From Calditrichia bacterium (GTDB taxonomy: Bacteria > Calditrichota > Calditrichia > RBG-13-44-9), in contig JARRQT010000102.1 in NCBI GenBank assembly GCA_037381445.1, positions 1-21,457 on the forward strand: a DNA stretch of 21,457 bases, read 5' to 3'. The number at the start of each line of letters is the position of its first letter. Position 1 is the first letter of the stretch. A model generated the notes under the pieces. The model worked only from the letters and a program-made list of their open reading frames with translations, was not told the origin of the DNA and searched no databases. Below are positions 16,945 through 21,457 of the stretch, piece by piece. Made by a program: the position numbers and the translations under genes.

Positions 16945-17691
16945 ATGGGTGAGCTGAAAGATAAAATTGTGATCGTTACCGGTTCCACGCGGGGGATCGG
17001 AGCCGAGATTGCCCGCGAGTTTGCCCGGCGGGAAGCATCGGTAATAATCTCCGGCAGAAATGAGGAAAAACTCGCTTCCATCGTTGCAGAAATAAAAGAA
17101 TTCGGGCATCCTGTGGAATCCATGAAGGTGAACATCAGCAGTTCGGAGGATGCCAGAAAATTGGCCGAGCATGCCATCGAAAAATTTGGTAAAATTGATG
17201 TGCTGGTCAATAATGCCGGCATCACCCGCGACAACCTGCTGATGAGAATGAATGAAGCGGAGTGGGACGAGGTGCTGGCGACGAACCTGAAAGGGACCTT
17301 CAATTGTATAAAAGCAGTTACCCGGCAGATGATGAAGCAGAGATATGGCAGGATTATCAATATTACTTCAGTTATCGGACAGATCGGGAACCCCGGGCAG
17401 GCGAATTACGCCGCTTCCAAAGCCGGCATTATCGGGCTTACAAAATCCGTGGCCCGCGAACTGGCCTCGCGCAATATCACCTGCAATGCCATCGCGCCGG
17501 GATTCATCGAAACCGATATGACGGCAGTTTTGGATACAAAAGTGATTGAAAATTTGAAGGCACAGATTCCGTTGGGACGGCTGGGCGCGACTGCCGATGT
17601 AGCAAAAGTAGTCTGCTTTCTGGCCACCGACGACGCTTCGTATATCACCGGTCAGATTATAAATGTTGATGGTGGAATGGTAATGTATTAA
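16945..17691 (+). CDS. fabG: 3-oxoacyl-ACP reductase
   Basis: TGSTRGIG, NNAGITRD, YAASK and PLGR; ATG directly follows the fabD TAA. Confidence 0.97.
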   Translation: MGELKDKIVIVTGSTRGIGAEIAREFARREASVIISGRNEEKLASIVAEIKEFGHPVESMKVNISSSEDARKLAEHAIEKFGKIDVLVNNAGITRDNLLMRMNEAEWDEVLATNLKGTFNCIKAVTRQMMKQRYGRIINITSVIGQIGNPGQANYAASKAGIIGLTKSVARELASRNITCNAIAPGFIETDMTAVLDTKVIENLKAQIPLGRLGATADVAKVVCFLATDDASYITGQIINVDGGMVMY

Positions 17692-17729
17692 TTATTGAAA
17701 TCTAGTTAACACTTAAAACAGGAGGAGTT

Positions 17730-17972
17730 ATGTCACTAGAAGAAAAAGTAAAAGACATCATCGTGGATAAGCTTGGTGTCTCTGCGGACAAGATCAAGCC
17801 GGATTCTCATTTTATTGATGATTTGGGCGCGGATTCTCTGGATACCGTGGAACTGGTCATGGCTTTCGAAGAAGAATTCAACGTGGAAATCCCCGATGAA
17901 GACGCCCAGCAGATTACAACCGTAAAATCTGCGGTTGAGTATCTCAGCAAGAAGATGAAAGAATCTGAATAA
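17730..17972 (+). CDS. acpP: Acyl carrier protein
   Basis: [28 protein letters not shown]. Confidence 0.98.
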   Translation: MSLEEKVKDIIVDKLGVSADKIKPDSHFIDDLGADSLDTVELVMAFEEEFNVEIPDEDAQQITTVKSAVEYLSKKMKESE

Positions 17973-17983
17973 TATTTACAAAT

Positions 17984-18027
17984 GGGCTGCCTGTTTCAAT
18001 CCGGTTGAACAGGCGCCCGATATTTTA
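17984..18027 (+). terminator. Stem-loop after acpP (weak terminator or mRNA stabiliser)
   Basis: GGGC-t-GCCTGTT-t-CAA / TTG-AACAGGC-GCCC stem followed by gatatttta. Confidence 0.6.
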
Positions 18028-18214
18028 TGCTGGAAGCGCTGAATTATGAGATTATGGATTCTCTCTGGTTCCCGGCCGGGAAAATTGTGAGAGAATAATG
18101 GGTCATTTTGATATCAATTATATAAAGCATCTGAATAAAATTTTGTAATGAAAAGGATCCGGTTCCGGGTCCGGAAAGCAATAAATTTAAGGTTAGACAA
18201 ATATTGAGGATTTT

Positions 18215-19453
18215 ATGAATAAACGTGTGGTCATTACCGGTATGGGTGCAATTACTCCCATCGGAAACAGTGTGAAGGAATTTTGGGACAGCCTGCTCAA
18301 GGGGGAAAGCGGCGCCAATTCAATTACCAAATTTGATGCAGCCGATCATGCCACAAAGTTCGCCGCAGAGGTGAAGAATTTTAATCCGGAAGGAATTATA
18401 GAAGCCAGGGAAATAAAAAGAATCGATGAATTTGCACAATATGCGATAGTTGCCACACATGAAGCTGTCATTGATTCAGGAATCGATTTTGAAAAAGAGG
18501 ATCTGGAACGCATCGGGACTATCGTCGGATCGGGAATCGGGGGCATCCAGAGTTTTGAGCGCGAGCATGAGAAATATTTGAATGCCGGTCCCAGAAGGGT
18601 CAGCCCGTTTTTCATTCCGCAAATGATTATTGATATTGCATCCGGACTTGTTTCCATAAAATATAACCTAAGGGGCCCCAACTACTCCGTGGTCTCCGCC
18701 TGCGCCACCGCGTCTCACGCCATTGGCGACGCTTTCAAGATTATCCAGCGGGGCGATGCGGACGCCATGATCACCGGAGGAGCGGAAGCGGCAATCTGTC
18801 CTATGGGTGTAGCCGGATTCAATTCCCTGAAGGCGCTTTCCACCCGGAATGATGAGCCCGGGAAAGCCAGCCGCCCGTTTGATAAAAACCGCGACGGGTT
18901 TGTCATAGGGGAGGGCGCCGGCATTATAATATTGGAAGACCTGGATCATGCCAAAAAGCGCGGCGCAAAAATCTATGGTGAGTTGATAGGCCTCGGCTTT
19001 ACCGCGGATGCCCATCACATAACGGCGCCGGCGCCGGGCGGAGAAGGCGCGGTTCGCGCCATGCGGCTGTGCTTGAAGGATGCCGGATTGAACCCGGAGG
19101 ATGTGGATTACATCAATGCTCACGGCACCTCCACACCTTACAATGATAAGACCGAGACAGAAGCCATAAAGACGGTGTTTGGTCCGCTGGCAAATAAATT
19201 GAATATCAGTTCAACAAAATCCATGACGGGCCATTTGCTGGGTGCCGCAGGCGGTGCGGAAATTATCGCATCCACTCTGGCGGTGCAGCATGGTATCATT
19301 CCGCCGACTATTAATTATGAGGAACCCGATCCCGAATGCGATTTGAATTACACGCCCAACCAGCCGGTGGAAAGAAAAATTAACGCAGCCATCAGCAATA
19401 CCTTTGGTTTCGGCGGACATAATGCGGTATTAGCGGTAAGCGCTTTAAAATAG
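18215..19453 (+). CDS. fabF: Beta-ketoacyl-ACP synthase II
   Basis: RVVITGMG, catalytic [33 protein letters not shown] and FGFGGHN. Confidence 0.98.
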   Translation: MNKRVVITGMGAITPIGNSVKEFWDSLLKGESGANSITKFDAADHATKFAAEVKNFNPEGIIEAREIKRIDEFAQYAIVATHEAVIDSGIDFEKEDLERIGTIVGSGIGGIQSFEREHEKYLNAGPRRVSPFFIPQMIIDIASGLVSIKYNLRGPNYSVVSACATASHAIGDAFKIIQRGDADAMITGGAEAAICPMGVAGFNSLKALSTRNDEPGKASRPFDKNRDGFVIGEGAGIIILEDLDHAKKRGAKIYGELIGLGFTADAHHITAPAPGGEGAVRAMRLCLKDAGLNPEDVDYINAHGTSTPYNDKTETEAIKTVFGPLANKLNISSTKSMTGHLLGAAGGAEIIASTLAVQHGIIPPTINYEEPDPECDLNYTPNQPVERKINAAISNTFGFGGHNAVLAVSALK

Positions 19454-19467
19454 CGGAAGTAAGAGCT

Positions 19468-20265
19468 TTGGAATTTTTAAAAAAGATATTTGGCCGGAAA
19501 GCAGAATCTACAAGCGAAAATACGAAAACGGAATCGCCGGGTGATGAACAGTCGATTATCAGGGATTTCCAGAATAAATTTCAGATACAATTTGAGAACG
19601 AAAATCTCATTGTCACTGCACTGAAACATCGTTCTTATCTGAATGTGACCAACGAAGAGAGAGTCGCTTCCAATGAGCGGCTCGAATTTCTGGGTGACGC
19701 GGTGCTGGATCTGGTGGTAACACATTACCTGTTTGGGAAATTCCCCAAGAGAACGGAAGGGGAATTATCCAAGATCAAATCGATCCTGGTCAGCAAACCG
19801 GTGCTTGCCGAGATTGCCATGGATTTGTCCCTGGGAAGCCTTCTGCTCCTGAACCGCGGAGAAGAGAAGACCGGCGGACGGCAGCGGCAGTCCATTCTCG
19901 CGGACACTTTTGAGGCGGTGATCGGGGCCATCTATCTGGATAAAGGATTGGCTTATTCCGAAGATTTCATCAAAAATAATCTGCTGGTGAAATTCAAGTC
20001 CATCATGCAGCGGGAACTCTATAAAAATTACAAGAGCATGCTGCTGGAATATGCGCAGTCCGATTTGGGAAAATTGCCCGAATACCGGATTATCAGGGAG
20101 AGCGGTCCCGATCATGATAAGAGTTTTGTAATCGGCGTGTATCTGAACGGGGATAAGGTGGGCCAGGGAGCGGGAAAGAGCAAAAAGACCGCCGAGCAGG
20201 AAGCGGCCAAATACGCGCTGCAACGCCTGGGACTCAACGGGGAGAAGAAGAACAGCAAGTCTTAA
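19468..20265 (+). CDS. rnc: Ribonuclease III
   Basis: Signature NERLEFLGDAVL, ADTFEAVIGAIYLD, and dsRBD GPDHDK...GKSKKTAEQEAA; TTG start (uncertain). Confidence 0.97.
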   Translation: MEFLKKIFGRKAESTSENTKTESPGDEQSIIRDFQNKFQIQFENENLIVTALKHRSYLNVTNEERVASNERLEFLGDAVLDLVVTHYLFGKFPKRTEGELSKIKSILVSKPVLAEIAMDLSLGSLLLLNRGEEKTGGRQRQSILADTFEAVIGAIYLDKGLAYSEDFIKNNLLVKFKSIMQRELYKNYKSMLLEYAQSDLGKLPEYRIIRESGPDHDKSFVIGVYLNGDKVGQGAGKSKKTAEQEAAKYALQRLGLNGEKKNSKS

Positions 20266-20488
20266 TGCGGCAGAGATGCTTTTTGTCCCAAAACGCGAAT
20301 TCTCTCTAAAAAAATAATTATCCTGTTTTAACCTGCAATAATTTTTTTATATTTGGTTTGAAGCATTACGAAAAAAGTCTTTTAATTTACAGATGATTAA
20401 GCATTCATGTTTTAGAAGGACGAAAGATATAATTTAGAGTTACCATTTGCCTTCCACTGCATAACTTCCAAATAAATTTGGGGTTTGA

Positions 20489-21457
20489 ATGAAACGGATT
20501 TTAAATATTGTAGGCGCGCGTCCAAATTTCATGAAGATTGCTCCCATTCAGCGGGCGATGAAAGACCGGGGATCGGCATTCGACCCGGTCCTTATTCATA
20601 CCGGCCAGCATTACGACGAGCGCATGAGCAAGCTGTTCTTTAATGATCTGAATCTCCCCAAACCCGATGAATATCTGGGGGTAGGCTCCGGGACCCATGC
20701 CCAGCAGACCGCTAAGATCATGGTCGAATTTGAGAGGGTCTGCCAGGTTTACAGACCGGATCTGGTGCTGGTGGTAGGTGACGTCAATTCCACTGCGGCC
20801 TGCAGCATGGTGGCCAGCAAGATGTGGATCCCGGTCGCCCACGTGGAAGCCGGTTTGCGCAGTTACGACCGGAAGATGCCGGAGGAAATTAACCGGCTGG
20901 TGACCGACGCGCTTTCCGATTATCTCTTTACCTCCGAAAAAAGCGGGACCGACAATCTGCTGAAAGAGGGCACAAATCCTTCAAAGATACATTTCGTGGG
21001 AAATGTGATGATTGATTCACTTGCCTTTTTTATGGATAAGGCGAAAGAGTCAACGATTTTGGACGAGCTGAAAATCAAACCCGGAAAATTTGCGCTGGTG
21101 ACCCTGCACCGGCCCAGCAATGTGGATGAGCCGGAGAATTTCGAAAAGATTTTATCCGCCTTCCGGGAGATACAAAAGGATATTTCCATTATTTTTCCTA
21201 TCCATCCCCGCACCGAAAAAAATATAAGCAAATTCGGAATTGAAGACAGTGTGCGGTCGATGAAGAATTTGCACCTGATTCCGCCGGCCGGCTACCTGGA
21301 CTTCATGCAGCTCGAGCAAAACTGCAGATTCGTGATGACCGATTCGGGCGGTATTCAGGAAGAAACCACTTATTTGGGGAGCCCCTGCCTGACGCTGCGT
21401 GAAAATACGGAACGGCCGGTGACTGTCGATCTGGGTACCAACGAAATTGTGGGAACG
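20489..21457 (+). CDS. wecB: UDP-N-acetylglucosamine 2-epimerase (non-hydrolysing), truncated by the window end
   Basis: Not in the ORF track; translated by hand with no stop to the end. MKRILNIVGARPNFMKIAP, HTGQHYD, VGDVNST, HVEAGLRS, MPEEINR, TLHRPSNVD, TDSGGIQEE and RENTERP. Confidence 0.96.
   Translation, partial: MKRILNIVGARPNFMKIAPIQRAMKDRGSAFDPVLIHTGQHYDERMSKLFFNDLNLPKPDEYLGVGSGTHAQQTAKIMVEFERVCQVYRPDLVLVVGDVNSTAACSMVASKMWIPVAHVEAGLRSYDRKMPEEINRLVTDALSDYLFTSEKSGTDNLLKEGTNPSKIHFVGNVMIDSLAFFMDKAKESTILDELKIKPGKFALVTLHRPSNVDEPENFEKILSAFREIQKDISIIFPIHPRTEKNISKFGIEDSVRSMKNLHLIPPAGYLDFMQLEQNCRFVMTDSGGIQEETTYLGSPCLTLRENTERPVTVDLGTNEIVGT

Noticed and set aside
20348..20480. Bacteroidota-type TAnnTTTG elements (20348-20355, 20473-20480) and TATAAT (20428-20433) upstream of wecB
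   Set aside because: No properly spaced upstream element, and the AT-rich background makes chance matches likely, so the promoter cannot be placed.
1..21457. CRISPR array, tRNA/rRNA genes, IS or prophage, defence system
   Set aside because: No spaced direct repeats, cloverleaf or rRNA signatures, and no transposase, integrase or defence-type ORFs were seen.

Overview
A bacterial chromosomal housekeeping region with every credible gene on the + strand. Gene content, a diderm envelope and frequent CCGG suggest a Calditrichota/FCB-associated organism (inference only). Gene order: broken family-5 ABC solute-binding lipoprotein, DUF5916-like outer-membrane protein, rnhB, rpoN, hslV, hslU, argF, GNAT/FemAB-like protein, broken Wzx-like flippase, yceD, rpmF, plsX, fabH, an inserted CsgG-like/TPR lipoprotein, fabD, fabG, acpP, fabF, rnc and a 3'-truncated wecB. 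I saw no rRNA, tRNA, CRISPR array or mobile element. Four observations stand out. (1) An inverted sigma54 -24/-12-like site lies on the predicted start site of rpoN's own sigma70 promoter, a candidate for autorepression. (2) Two genes carry frameshifting internal deletions with apparent 5-bp microhomology junctions. (3) A CsgG-like/TPR lipoprotein with its own promoter interrupts the fab operon. (4) The ornithine carbamoyltransferase resembles the plant enzyme and has a SART motif. I cannot support a claim of a wholly new multi-gene system from sequence alone.
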